This document shows positions 1 to 9,505 of a stretch of DNA of 64,000 bases, one piece after another. Numbering within the stretch: position 1 is the first letter of the stretch; every line of letters begins with the position of its first letter. Both the position numbers and the translations under genes were made by a program. The stretch comes from an uncultured Bacilli bacterium (GTDB lineage Bacteria; Bacillota_I; Bacilli_A; RF39; UBA660), in contig CANQQV010000007.1 of assembly GCA_947626095.1 (NCBI GenBank), positions 1 to 64,000 of the forward strand, written 5' to 3'. The notes under the pieces were generated by a model. That model was not told the origin of the DNA. It searched no databases and saw only the letters and a program-made list of their open reading frames with translations.

Positions 1-26
1 GAGCTACCAGACTGCTCCATCCCGCG
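1..26 (-). tRNA. tRNA-fMet (initiator), 5' part only; truncated by the window edge
   Basis: Reverse complement reads CGCGGGATGGAGCAGTCTGGTAGCTC, the typical 5' acceptor/D-arm of initiator tRNA-Met. The anticodon lies outside the window. Confidence 0.8.
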
Positions 27-39
27 ATAAATAAACAAA

Positions 40-132
40 TGGCGGAGGAAAAGGGATTCGAACCCCTGCGCCGCTCACACGACCTTCCGGTTTTCAAGAC
101 CGGTCCCTTCAACCAGACTTGGGTATTCCTCC
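40..132 (-). tRNA. tRNA-Ser(TGA)
   Basis: Reverse complement GGAGGAATACCCAAG...GTCTTGAAAACC...long variable arm...GGTTCGAATCCC...TTCCTCCGCCA. Anticodon TGA, encoded CCA. Confidence 0.97.
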
Positions 133-160
133 ATTTCGCTTATTCTTCAGCGACAAATTG

Positions 161-190
161 ATTATAGCACAATATAAAAATATATGTCAA
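161..190 (-). promoter_or_regulatory. sigma-A promoter of the tRNA-Ser/fMet operon
   Basis: TTGACA (185-190), 18 nt spacer, TGcTATAAT (-10 at 161-166) on the minus strand. Confidence 0.8.
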
Positions 191-260
191 CTAAAATTCT
201 AAATTTTAACTCCCATAATTTAGCCTTTTCTTAAAAGAAAGATAAAATTTTAAAAAAGTA

Positions 261-289
261 TTGCAAAACCCCCAAAAATGCGTTATACT
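261..289 (+). promoter_or_regulatory. sigma-A promoter of tRNA-Leu
   Basis: TTGCAA (261-266), 17 nt spacer, TATACT (284-289). Confidence 0.7.
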
Positions 290-318
290 CAAATAGTCTT
301 ATGAACAAGACGGTGCCT

Positions 319-407
319 GCCCAAGTGGCGGAATAGGTAGACGCACAGGACTTAAAATCCTGCGAGATTTAACCCTCGTGCCGGTTCAAGTCCGGCCTTG
401 GGCACCA
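319..407 (+). tRNA. tRNA-Leu(TAA)
   Basis: GCCCAAGTGGCGGAATAGGTAGACGC-CAGGACTTAAAATCCTG-variable arm-CCGGTTCAAGTCCGG-CCTTGGGCACCA. Anticodon TAA. Confidence 0.97.
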
Positions 408-418
408 TTTGATTATTT

Positions 419-441
419 CAAGGTTTAAACCTTGTTTTTTT
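419..441 (+). terminator. Rho-independent terminator after tRNA-Leu
   Basis: CAAGGT-TTAA-ACCTTG hairpin followed by a T-run. Confidence 0.7.
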
Positions 442-469
442 ATGCTACAAAAAAAATAAAGATTACTCT

Positions 470-805
470 TTATTTTTTTTCATACTCTTCAATCCATTTA
501 GGTAACATTTCTCTTAATGGCGAGAAACCATTCTTGTCCTCTAATTCCTTTTTATCTTCTAATCGATAATCAAAATTTTTAATAGTTAATTTAATTTTTT
601 TATCATCTTCATCTACTTCTAAAACTTTAGCTCTAATAACTTCTCCAAGTTCAACATAATCAAAAACGCTTTTAACAAATTTATCAGAAATTTCAGAAAT
701 ATGAATTAATCCGGAATAGCCATTATCCAATAAAAGAAAAATTCCATAGTTTTCAATGCCTGTTACTTTTCCTTTTATGGTGTCACCTTTCTTAACCTTT
801 GGCAT
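470..805 (-). CDS. S1 RNA-binding domain protein (YugI/GSP13/CvfD-like)
   Basis: S1 motifs GKVTGIENYGIF and GLIHISEIS, plus the C-terminal GFSPLREMLPKW typical of YugI. Start moved to ATG 805 (SD GAGGTG upstream). Confidence 0.85.
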   Translation of the reverse strand: MPKVKKGDTIKGKVTGIENYGIFLLLDNGYSGLIHISEISDKFVKSVFDYVELGEVIRAKVLEVDEDDKKIKLTIKNFDYRLEDKKELEDKNGFSPLREMLPKWIEEYEKK

Positions 806-888
806 TCTTCCACCTCGATATGTATTATACCACAAATGATTATTTACACCAAATAAAATATAAGTTATAATTAAACATGGTGATATCT

Positions 889-1146
889 ATGGCAAAAACT
901 AAAGAAGTAGATAATAATGAAACAATTAATAAAATAAAAGAAATCTTAGAAACCTTAAAGCCATATTTAAATATGGATGGTGGCGATGTTGAATTTATTG
1001 ATTATAAAGATAAAATCGTTTATGTTAAACTAACTGGTGCCTGTGCTGCTTGTATGTTCTCTGATGAAACGATTAAAAATGGTTTATACGAAACAATTAA
1101 AATGGATGTCCCTGAAGTAGAAGGAGTAATTAATGTTACCATTTAA
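889..1146 (+). CDS. NifU/Nfu-family Fe-S scaffold protein (YutI-like)
   Basis: PYLNMDGGDVE and LTGACAAC (CxxC) Nfu motifs. Start at ATG 889 after SD GGTGA. Confidence 0.9.
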   Translation: MAKTKEVDNNETINKIKEILETLKPYLNMDGGDVEFIDYKDKIVYVKLTGACAACMFSDETIKNGLYETIKMDVPEVEGVINVTI

Positions 1147-1989
1147 TTACTCTTTTTTTATCCATGAAAATAAATATATTCCAAACATTCTTTGTATTTT
1201 ACTTACATATCTTTCATATTCATTAACTCTATTTAAAATTTTAATTAGTTCTTGCTCTTCTTCCTTATCTATTACCATATCACTAATAATATTAAAATAT
1301 CTAAAAGGAAAAACCATTCTCGTAAATAAATAAGTTTTATCTTGATAATTTATATTATCTAAAAGGTTACCCAATAATTCATAATTATTAGTCATTCTTA
1401 TATAACTAGCCATATCTTTTAGCTTTAAATCAAACGTAATATTTAACGGATTATAAAAGTCTATTGTCTTTAAACTATCTAACGTTTTATGTGATAAACA
1501 CAAATCAATTGGATAAGGATTCTTTTTCAAAAATAAAATAATAATTTCAACTATCCCAATATAATAATCAAAACTATGATTAATTAGTTGATTATTAGAA
1601 AGTTCACTAACTTGTATTTCAAAATAATCAATTTTATTCTGCCAAAAATCTTCCATTTTAATATATTCTTTTAAATACTTATTACAATCTATATTATTAA
1701 AACTTTCTATATCCTTTAAATCTATTTCATCAATTAAAATATTTATTTTAAAAAGAACATAACCATTCGATAAATATCCGTTATATTTATTTTTTATAAA
1801 ATCATGTAATAATACCTTTTGCCTTCTTACTTCCTCACATAACCTTATTAATTCGTTTATATAGCTTTCATCATAAAACGTTTTAACTAAATAATAATTA
1901 ATTCCATTTACTTGAAATAATAAGCTATTTTTATCTTCTATATACTCTGTAATATTAATATTATAGTATTCTTCTAATATTTCTTTCAT
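1147..1989 (-). CDS. Spore coat protein, CotS/YutH-like kinase-like fold
   Basis: N-terminal LEEYYNI, W..KIDYFE.Q and FDYYIG..E motifs resemble YutH. The neighbourhood (yutI, yutD, yunB) matches Bacillus synteny. Confidence 0.65.
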   Translation of the reverse strand: MKEILEEYYNINITEYIEDKNSLLFQVNGINYYLVKTFYDESYINELIRLCEEVRRQKVLLHDFIKNKYNGYLSNGYVLFKINILIDEIDLKDIESFNNIDCNKYLKEYIKMEDFWQNKIDYFEIQVSELSNNQLINHSFDYYIGIVEIIILFLKKNPYPIDLCLSHKTLDSLKTIDFYNPLNITFDLKLKDMASYIRMTNNYELLGNLLDNINYQDKTYLFTRMVFPFRYFNIISDMVIDKEEEQELIKILNRVNEYERYVSKIQRMFGIYLFSWIKKE

Positions 1990-2029
1990 ACTAAATAATA
2001 TGAAAAAAACTTAAGATCATTCTTAAGTT

Positions 2030-3538
2030 TTAAATAACATCATTTGTCGCTTGAACTACAGTTGGCTGAATAATTGGTTGAGCAACTGGTGTTGGTTGTG
2101 GTTGAACTACTGGTTGTGGAGCAGTTCCCCCACCAAGATTAACTGGAGTTGCAACCTCTGGAGTAGCAACTTGATTAATTCCCATTGCTTGTTCCTTTTG
2201 CGCAATTGCCGCTTCTCTATTTTTTAATTCTTCTTCTTTACTATATAAATCTCTATATACTTTCTCTTGAATTGTTACAACTAAGTTTTTAACGCCTTCC
2301 ATAAACATTTGTTGTGCAGCGACCACAACTTCATCTAAAGTCGCATTCGGATCAAAACTAGGTGCCGCATTAAAGTTAATTTGTTCATCAGTTGTAAGCG
2401 ATGTGTTCTGCGCATTTTGTACAATTTGTGCATCAGGTATTACTACTGGTGTCGCTACTTGAACATCATTTGTTAAACCTAGATTATTAACATTAACTGG
2501 TTGTTCTGGTGCAACTGTTGTTGGCACTACTCCAACTGGCGGATTAACTTGTGCATCAATTACTGGAGTTACAGCTACATTAACTGGTGTTGCCTCAGAA
2601 TTATTTAATTGTGGATTAACAGGTTCTACTACTGGTGCTACACTTGGTACAACAACAGGTGCAACTGGTTCAGGCACTGAAACAACAGATGGAACCGGTT
2701 GAACTACTTCTGGAACCGGTGTAGGTGTTGCAGGCACTACTGGTGGAACAACAGCTTCTGGAGCAACTACTGGTGTAGGTGTTACAACAGGTGTTGGCAC
2801 TACAGCTTCTGGTGTTGGATTTACAACTGGCGTTGGTACAACTTCAGGAGTTGGAACTACTACAGGTGTTGGTGCTACAACTTCAGAAACTGGACTTACA
2901 ACTGGTGTAGGAACAATCTCTGGAACAGGAGCTGGTTGTTCAGGTACTGGAGTTGCTGGTACTACTGGTGTTGGACTAGCATTCAATGGTGCTACTCCAT
3001 TAGAAGGAGTATTAGGGACTTCAGCAATTCCTGGAACCAATTCATCGTCATTGGAAACAACTGCACCATCAGTTGGAAAAATCGAACTAGGATTAACAGT
3101 TATCTCTGGATTTGCTGCTTCTGGTGCAGTTGCTACATTTGCATCTGGTGCTGGAGTACTAACCGCACTCTTTTCACCTGCATTATAATTATCTATCATT
3201 TGTTTAGATGCCGAAGCACTAACAGAAATATCTCTTGAATACTGTGAAGTAGCTTTTAAATTAGCTTCCACAGGTAAATATTTATAGGAACCTACATTGC
3301 CAGATATAATTGCACGCATAATTGTTTTAATTGAAGACCACTCATCGTCAGTTGCAATCTTTTGCATCGTGCCATCAACAATTTCACTAACATGCAAAAC
3401 AGTGAGTCCATGAGGATCCACAGCATTTTCCGTCGTAATAATATATCTTTTCTCTGTTTCAGGAATCGTAAAGATTGAAACAATATTAGAAACTAACGTC
3501 TCACCAGATTCCTTCAAGATAGTTATCTTCTCTGGCAT
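2030..3538 (-). CDS. Hypothetical protein: small N-terminal globular domain, long Pro/Val-rich repeat region, C-terminal coiled coil
   Basis: 502-aa ORF with SD AGAGGGA and PTPVV/PEVV repeats. Confidence 0.8.
   Translation of the reverse strand: MPEKITILKESGETLVSNIVSIFTIPETEKRYIITTENAVDPHGLTVLHVSEIVDGTMQKIATDDEWSSIKTIMRAIISGNVGSYKYLPVEANLKATSQYSRDISVSASASKQMIDNYNAGEKSAVSTPAPDANVATAPEAANPEITVNPSSIFPTDGAVVSNDDELVPGIAEVPNTPSNGVAPLNASPTPVVPATPVPEQPAPVPEIVPTPVVSPVSEVVAPTPVVVPTPEVVPTPVVNPTPEAVVPTPVVTPTPVVAPEAVVPPVVPATPTPVPEVVQPVPSVVSVPEPVAPVVVPSVAPVVEPVNPQLNNSEATPVNVAVTPVIDAQVNPPVGVVPTTVAPEQPVNVNNLGLTNDVQVATPVVIPDAQIVQNAQNTSLTTDEQINFNAAPSFDPNATLDEVVVAAQQMFMEGVKNLVVTIQEKVYRDLYSKEEELKNREAAIAQKEQAMGINQVATPEVATPVNLGGGTAPQPVVQPQPTPVAQPIIQPTVVQATNDVI
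2600..3000 (-). repeat. Degenerate coding tandem repeats (PTPVVxPTPExV units)
   Basis: Recurrent acaactggtgt/actactggtgt/acaggtgttgg motifs that encode P-T-P-V-V. Confidence 0.7.
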
Positions 3539-3597
3539 TGCAATCCCTCTCTATTCTATTTTTTATTATAGCAAATAATATTTATGTTTTCAATCAT

Positions 3598-3888
3598 TTA
3601 ATCATTGATTTCTTTAATTCGCTTGATTTGAAACCATTTGCAGCCATAAGCACAACTATTTTCAATATAATCATCTAACTTAGCTATATCATTAATTTTA
3701 TTACATTTTTTCGCCTTACTATCATAAAACCCTTTAAGTCTTACTTTTCCATAAGCCCAATCACCAACGATATAATCATAATCATCAAAATAATCAGTTA
3801 TTTTCTCGGCTAATATCTCTTTATCAATCGCCTCACCAACATCTTTAATAACTTCATACTCAACATCATTAATTTTTACTTTCTTCAT
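3598..3888 (-). CDS. yutD: YutD/DUF1027 family protein
   Basis: YDYIVGDWAYGKVRLKGFY and CAYGC motifs. Confidence 0.85.
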   Translation of the reverse strand: MKKVKINDVEYEVIKDVGEAIDKEILAEKITDYFDDYDYIVGDWAYGKVRLKGFYDSKAKKCNKINDIAKLDDYIENSCAYGCKWFQIKRIKEIND

Positions 3889-3900
3889 TACCATCACCCA

Positions 3901-4413
3901 CTAAATTAAATTTTGTTTTTTAAAATAATCATCTATTTCATAAGGATTATAAGCTTCTACTAAAGCTATACTTCGACGATAAAAGTCTTTAGTATTCGCT
4001 GTAAATAAAAGTTCATAAAACTCATTCTTAACTTCATTACTAACTGGTTCTTTCGTATTCTTAGTTACTAACATATCAATTAAATATTTTTGTACTAAAT
4101 TAAAATATTTATTTTTCTTCTTTATTGCTTTACTTTCTTGTTTTAAAGTAAAGTTATAACATCTATTATAACTATTAACAAACTTACTATATTCTTCTAC
4201 TGTATAACCATATTTTATCATTAAACTATTAAAACTATTTTCATCTTTATTATTATAATAATTAACTATTTCTTCCCCATATATTAAGATTAATAATCTA
4301 ATAACTACTACCATAAAACTATTATATTCTAAGGAATTACTTAAATCTTTATTAGCTATATACCTTTTAAAAGATTCATCTAAAGCGGCATTAATAAATA
4401 CTTTACTATCCAT
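3901..4413 (-). CDS. Hypothetical protein
   Basis: ORF with SD AGGTGA, in an operon with yutD. No recognisable motif. Confidence 0.75.
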   Translation of the reverse strand: MDSKVFINAALDESFKRYIANKDLSNSLEYNSFMVVVIRLLILIYGEEIVNYYNNKDENSFNSLMIKYGYTVEEYSKFVNSYNRCYNFTLKQESKAIKKKNKYFNLVQKYLIDMLVTKNTKEPVSNEVKNEFYELLFTANTKDFYRRSIALVEAYNPYEIDDYFKKQNLI

Positions 4414-4454
4414 AAGTATCACCTACTATATAATAGTATCACAAAAATAGTATT

Positions 4455-5135
4455 TTAACTAGATAGAATTGAACTAGATTTTTCAATCATTCCTCCATAA
4501 TAACTAGGTATCTGCCCCATAATAACTTTTGAAGCTACTACTATTTCATAACTATCTCCAAATTCTTCTCTTCCATTAGGACTTAATAAATCATTTTTAA
4601 CATCCACTACTAAGTATAATTCAACTAACAAATTATTAAGTCCATAATCTGTAACTCTCGTCTTAAAGTTAATTTCAATATCATTAATATAATTTACTTT
4701 ACAAGGTATTTTAAACCCTAAATTTTCTAATAATACATTATCATTTATTAAACCAACTGGTACAAAAAATATTCCATCTTTAGTTTCATAATAACTTACT
4801 TTTGGTTCAAAAGTATTTAATTCTTCATACAACCTATTTAATCCTTCATTTAAATATTTATAAGCGACATTAAAATTATAATCGACAGCAATTATCTCAT
4901 TATCGCTATTTTTTTCTAAATTAACTATCTTTAGTAAATCTTCATTAACTAATACTTCTTCACTAAAGACATAAAAAACATAATTATAAACATTTTTATT
5001 TATATTACCTTTAACAATATCTATTACTCTTGGTGTTATCTTACTACCTATATAATTTAAGATAAACATCGTCATAACTATTACTAATAATATCGTCATT
5101 ATAATATTTTTATTTTTTCTTCTTTTTAATTTCAT
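4455..5135 (-). CDS. yunB: Sporulation protein YunB
   Basis: N-terminal TM helix, VPVGL...LGFKIP, YGLNN.L.E.Y and a C-terminal I.GQIPSYY. Confidence 0.85.
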   Translation of the reverse strand: MKLKRRKNKNIIMTILLVIVMTMFILNYIGSKITPRVIDIVKGNINKNVYNYVFYVFSEEVLVNEDLLKIVNLEKNSDNEIIAVDYNFNVAYKYLNEGLNRLYEELNTFEPKVSYYETKDGIFFVPVGLINDNVLLENLGFKIPCKVNYINDIEINFKTRVTDYGLNNLLVELYLVVDVKNDLLSPNGREEFGDSYEIVVASKVIMGQIPSYYGGMIEKSSSILSS

Positions 5136-5166
5136 ATTAAATTATATGAAATTAAAAAAGGAACTA

Positions 5167-6294
5167 TTATATTAGTCCCCATCCAAGTATCTTATTCAGT
5201 AATAAGAAACATCCTACTATAAATACTAAAACTATAACAACTATTAATATTTTAATAATTATCTTTGTTGCATGCATATCTTCTTTTAAATCATTAAAAT
5301 CATCAAAATCACTTTGTGTAAATGACTTAGTATTAACAAAAGATTGTTCTAAATTAGGTTCACTCTTATCAATTTCTAATGTTCTAGTATTCATAATATC
5401 GCCTAATTCATTAGTACTGAAATTCTGTGTTTCTTTTATCTTTTCATCTTCACTATCAACATCTTTATCTTTTTTCTTTTCTTCTTCAATTATTGCTTCA
5501 GCTTTAGCAATATTCTTTTCCGCTAATGCTTCTTCTGCTTCTTCTAAATCTTCCTTAGTTTCTTCCAATTCTTTTTCATCTTCGATATCATTAGTATCTT
5601 CAACTTCTTGTTCTTCATTATCATCTAAATCAATATCTTTAATAATCGTCTCTAAAGTATTTTCTTTTTCTTCTTTTAAAACACCCAACACTTTAGTATT
5701 TTCATTATCCCCACGTAAATCTGATAAGATATCTAAAGGATCTAACTCATCTTTATCTTCTACAGCTTTTGCTAATTCCTTTGATGTAATAGTATTTATT
5801 AGTTCAAACAATTCACTTTCTGAAGTCATCTTTGCTGGTCTTTTTACTTTATCTTTAACTACTTCTTTATCATCAGAATTTTGCATTTCTTCTATATCTT
5901 TAAAGATATTATATTGCGTATCACGCAGTTTCATTAATCTTTCTTTTTCATAATTAACTTCTTTATTTTCTTTAGCTTTAGAAAGTAACGAATTAATATC
6001 ATACTCTCTAGTTTCATCTAAATTAATTTCTGGTAACTCTTCTCTTTCTAAGCTACCAAAACTTTTATCTTTTTTATTCTCTGCATACTTTTCATTTAAT
6101 ATTTCTTTAACATCATTAATATCTATATTATCAGAATTATCCCCAATAATAGATGCATTACTATGTAAATCAAATTCATCAATTTCTAAATTACTAACTT
6201 CTTTATATAAATCTCTATTTCTTTGTGTTCTAGATGAAGTTACTTCTTCTATTTCATTTACATTATCATAGTATTTTTTCATTCTTGACTGCAT
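5167..6294 (-). CDS. Acidic hypothetical protein with a C-terminal membrane anchor
   Basis: 375 aa, D/E-rich, single C-terminal TM helix. Confidence 0.8.
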   Translation of the reverse strand: MQSRMKKYYDNVNEIEEVTSSRTQRNRDLYKEVSNLEIDEFDLHSNASIIGDNSDNIDINDVKEILNEKYAENKKDKSFGSLEREELPEINLDETREYDINSLLSKAKENKEVNYEKERLMKLRDTQYNIFKDIEEMQNSDDKEVVKDKVKRPAKMTSESELFELINTITSKELAKAVEDKDELDPLDILSDLRGDNENTKVLGVLKEEKENTLETIIKDIDLDDNEEQEVEDTNDIEDEKELEETKEDLEEAEEALAEKNIAKAEAIIEEEKKKDKDVDSEDEKIKETQNFSTNELGDIMNTRTLEIDKSEPNLEQSFVNTKSFTQSDFDDFNDLKEDMHATKIIIKILIVVIVLVFIVGCFLLLNKILGWGLI

Positions 6295-6438
6295 ACAAAG
6301 ACACTCCTATTCTCTTAAATATAATAACATAAATTATCCCTTTTTTAAACATATAACTATCAATCTATATGTAAAGATATTTATTATTGCATTTTTCTTT
6401 GTTAATTGCTATTATTAAGTAGATAAGGAGGAATTATC

Positions 6439-6639
6439 ATGATTAACGTCGATGAAAATAAATGTATCGGTTGTGGTGCTTGTATCGCTATAGATAATGA
6501 ACATTTCGATTTCAATGATCAAGGACTATCTACTGTTGTAAAACAAGAAGTAACAGATTCTGTTAAAGAAGCTAAAGATGCTTGCCCAGTTAATGCTATT
6601 ACTGTTGAAGAACAAAATTCTAATGAGGAACAAGCATAA
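6439..6639 (+). CDS. Ferredoxin (single cluster)
   Basis: CIGCGAC...CPVNAI motif and a strong SD AAGGAGG. Confidence 0.92.
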   Translation: MINVDENKCIGCGACIAIDNEHFDFNDQGLSTVVKQEVTDSVKEAKDACPVNAITVEEQNSNEEQA

Positions 6640-6650
6640 TAAAAGAAGAG

Positions 6651-7373
6651 TTATCTCTTCTTTTTTAGTGCCTTTAATCTATTTACTTCATCGATACTTA
6701 AATAACGATAATCACCAGATTGTAATCCCTTAATATCTAAGAAAGCATAGTTTGTTCTCGTTAATTTATTAACTGGATGATGAATGCTTTCAAATATTTT
6801 TTTAACAATATGATTACGTCCTTCAACAATTGTAATTAAAACGTTAGACTTATTTTTTTCTTCATCTTTACTTCTAACTTTAAATCTTTTAGGTACGACT
6901 TTAATTCCCTCTATCACAATTCCATTCTTTATTTGATAAATTTCCTCCGTTGTTAAAATACCTTCAATAATCGCAATATAAGTCTTTTCTATTTCATTTG
7001 AAGGATGCATTAAAATATTAGCAAAATCACCATCATTAGTTAATAATAGTAACCCTATTGTATCATAGTCTAATCTTCCTACTGGATATATTCTTTCTTT
7101 TGTATCTATTAACTCTGTAACTACTTTTCGCCCTTTATCATCACTAACACTACATATATAGCCTCTTGGTTTATTAAGTAAATAATATTCTTTTTTTATT
7201 GCTTTATTTAAAGTAACTCCTTCAACTACAATTATATCTTTACTATCTACTTTTGTTCCTAATTCTGTTACTAATTCTTCATTAACATACACTTTACCTT
7301 GCGTTATTAACTCTTCTGCTTTTCTACGAGAACAATACCCACTATTAGCAATTACTTTTTGTAAACGTTCCAT
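6651..7373 (-). CDS. rluB: rRNA pseudouridine synthase, RluB/RsuA family
   Basis: S4 domain ERLQKVIA..G.CSRRKAE, then LNKPRG, VGRLDYD and EGRNH. Confidence 0.92.
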   Translation of the reverse strand: MERLQKVIANSGYCSRRKAEELITQGKVYVNEELVTELGTKVDSKDIIVVEGVTLNKAIKKEYYLLNKPRGYICSVSDDKGRKVVTELIDTKERIYPVGRLDYDTIGLLLLTNDGDFANILMHPSNEIEKTYIAIIEGILTTEEIYQIKNGIVIEGIKVVPKRFKVRSKDEEKNKSNVLITIVEGRNHIVKKIFESIHHPVNKLTRTNYAFLDIKGLQSGDYRYLSIDEVNRLKALKKKR

Positions 7374-7430
7374 AACATCACCTGTTTAACCATTATACAC
7401 AAAAAATCTAAAAAAGAGAAATATTTCTCT

Positions 7431-7928
7431 CTATTTTATAAAATAATAATATATTAAGAATCCTACGACCAATATGGTTCCAATAACAATAGCTATATTA
7501 CTAATTTTTCTCATTAATAAAAATTTCTCATTATCCATCATTTCTTCTTCAGCGTTCATTTTAATTATTTCACTCTTACCATAATTAATAGTTCCATAAA
7601 GTAAAGCGAAAATAAATATAGCTGCTAATACTTTTAAAATTGCATTAATATTACTAACCATTCCTTTATGTTTAAAATAAATCATTAAAGATAAAACTAT
7701 TACTAATAAAATAGAAATAATTAAATTAAATAAAAGACTTATCGTTTTACTTTTATTAAATCTATAACCACATTTACTACACTTAACCGCATCGATATTA
7801 TTTCTTTTAGCACATTTAGGACAACTTTTAGTTTCAGATAAAAAGGCATGACATTTCACACATTTAACTGTTCCTTTAATATTTTCAAAACCACATTTAC
7901 TACATTTAACCTTTTCTAAATCCTTCAT
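7431..7928 (-). CDS. Double zinc-ribbon membrane protein
   Basis: Four CxxC pairs followed by three TM helices. Confidence 0.8.
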   Translation of the reverse strand: MKDLEKVKCSKCGFENIKGTVKCVKCHAFLSETKSCPKCAKRNNIDAVKCSKCGYRFNKSKTISLLFNLIISILLVIVLSLMIYFKHKGMVSNINAILKVLAAIFIFALLYGTINYGKSEIIKMNAEEEMMDNEKFLLMRKISNIAIVIGTILVVGFLIYYYFIK

Positions 7929-7974
7929 ACTATCACATTCCTAAAATAATTATATCAAAAATTAAAAATATTAA

Positions 7975-8982
7975 TTATAATTTTATAAATTTATTTAATA
8001 TAGGTATTTTATCAAGTATATAGGCTACCAAATATGAAAGTAAAAAAACTGGTATAATATATAACACATTTATATAATCATTATTCATTTTTAAAAACAT
8101 TTTTAAAACATCTATAACTGTTACATGAATCATATACATCACTAAAGAGAATTGAGCAAAATAAGCAATAAATTCGCCTCTTTTAGCAAATACTTTCTTT
8201 ATAAAAGTAAAAAATAATACAACTAAAACTATTATTATAAGATTATCATAAAAATTTTCAGCATATAAATTACCATATAACTTTGTAGCCATAAAATATT
8301 CATAAACTAAACATAATATAAAAGTAAATAGCAAAATTAAACCATGTTTAATGGTAGATAACTTTGCTAAAAAATCCGTTTTAGCAATAAACCCACCTAA
8401 CATAAAATAAGTAAAATAAATCCACCAACGTAAACTTTGAATAATTGAATATTTAAAAACCGATAAACCATTTTGATATCTAATTATATTTATAATACTA
8501 GCAAATAAAGAAATTAATATAAAAGTAATTGTTATATAATAGTAATTCTTTTTTTCATTAAATACTTTATATAAAATTGGTAAAAGTAAATATATTATTA
8601 TTAATGACCATAAATACCAAAAATGATAAAAATAACCATCCTGAACAAAATTTAAACACATTTCCAGAAAAACATTTAAAACGTTTCCTGTTTTAAACCA
8701 AAAAATAAGGACAAAAACTAAGTTACAAAGTAACATAAAAAATAAAATTTTAATAATTTTATTTATACAATATTTATAAGTTATTGCTTCTTTTTTATTA
8801 AGTAACAAATAACCACTTACCATAAAAAACAAAGGTACTGATATTGTTCCACAATAATAAATTAATAAACTAGCTTTTCTTACATTTAATTGAACACTAT
8901 TACTTATTAAATGTAATACTATTACTAATATTAATGCTACAACCTTAATAATATCTATCCATACAACTCTCTTTTTTACCAT
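7975..8982 (-). CDS. Acyltransferase family 3 (membrane O-acyltransferase)
   Basis: RVVWIDIIK...V..H, VPLFFMVSGYLL, HFWYL and S..MYMIH motifs, about 10 TM helices. Confidence 0.9.
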   Translation of the reverse strand: MVKKRVVWIDIIKVVALILVIVLHLISNSVQLNVRKASLLIYYCGTISVPLFFMVSGYLLLNKKEAITYKYCINKIIKILFFMLLCNLVFVLIFWFKTGNVLNVFLEMCLNFVQDGYFYHFWYLWSLIIIYLLLPILYKVFNEKKNYYYITITFILISLFASIINIIRYQNGLSVFKYSIIQSLRWWIYFTYFMLGGFIAKTDFLAKLSTIKHGLILLFTFILCLVYEYFMATKLYGNLYAENFYDNLIIIVLVVLFFTFIKKVFAKRGEFIAYFAQFSLVMYMIHVTVIDVLKMFLKMNNDYINVLYIIPVFLLSYLVAYILDKIPILNKFIKL

Positions 8983-9022
8983 AATTACACCTATTAAAAT
9001 AATAACATAATTATACCTTTTT

Positions 9023-9505
9023 TTACAAAAATATTTTGGAAATTATAATTGCTGCCATAATCCCACAGATATCAGCAAATAAACCTCCTACTAAAGCATA
9101 TCTCGTTTTCTTAATCCCGATACTCCCAAAATATAAAGCTAAAACATAAATAGTTGTATCCGTAGCACCCTGTATTACACTAGCTAAATTACCAAAATAC
9201 GAATCTACCCCATATTTTTGATATATATTACTAAGATAAGCTAAAGTCGCATTTCCACTTATCGGTCTTAAAATAATCATTGGAACAATGTCTTTAAAAG
9301 TTCCTCCTATTAAATTTAAAATTCCACTTTGAACAAATATATTAACAGCTAATATCATTGCTAATATAACCGGTACAATACTAACAACTGTCTTAAGTCC
9401 ATCAACACTACCTTCTAAAAAACTATCATATATATCTATCTTTTTAAAAAATCCATAAAAAACAATAATTATTACAATAACAGGAATAATATAATTACTT
9501 AGCAT
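9023..9505 (-). CDS. spmB: Spore maturation protein B
   Basis: YDSFLEG..DG, LRPISG, GATDTTIYVLALYFGS. Follows spmA. Confidence 0.92.
   Translation of the reverse strand: MLSNYIIPVIVIIIVFYGFFKKIDIYDSFLEGSVDGLKTVVSIVPVILAMILAVNIFVQSGILNLIGGTFKDIVPMIILRPISGNATLAYLSNIYQKYGVDSYFGNLASVIQGATDTTIYVLALYFGSIGIKKTRYALVGGLFADICGIMAAIIISKIFL

Noticed and set aside
2600-3000. Repetitive DNA that could be mistaken for a CRISPR array
   Set aside because: The repeats are degenerate, codon-phased and inside a CDS. There are no identical repeats with unique spacers and no cas genes.
2699-3238. 179-aa Trp/Cys/Tyr/Asn-rich repetitive ORF on the + strand, superficially like a RiPP precursor
   Set aside because: It is the antisense shadow of the Pro/Val/Thr repeats in 2030..3538. 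TTG start, no SD, no modifying enzymes nearby.
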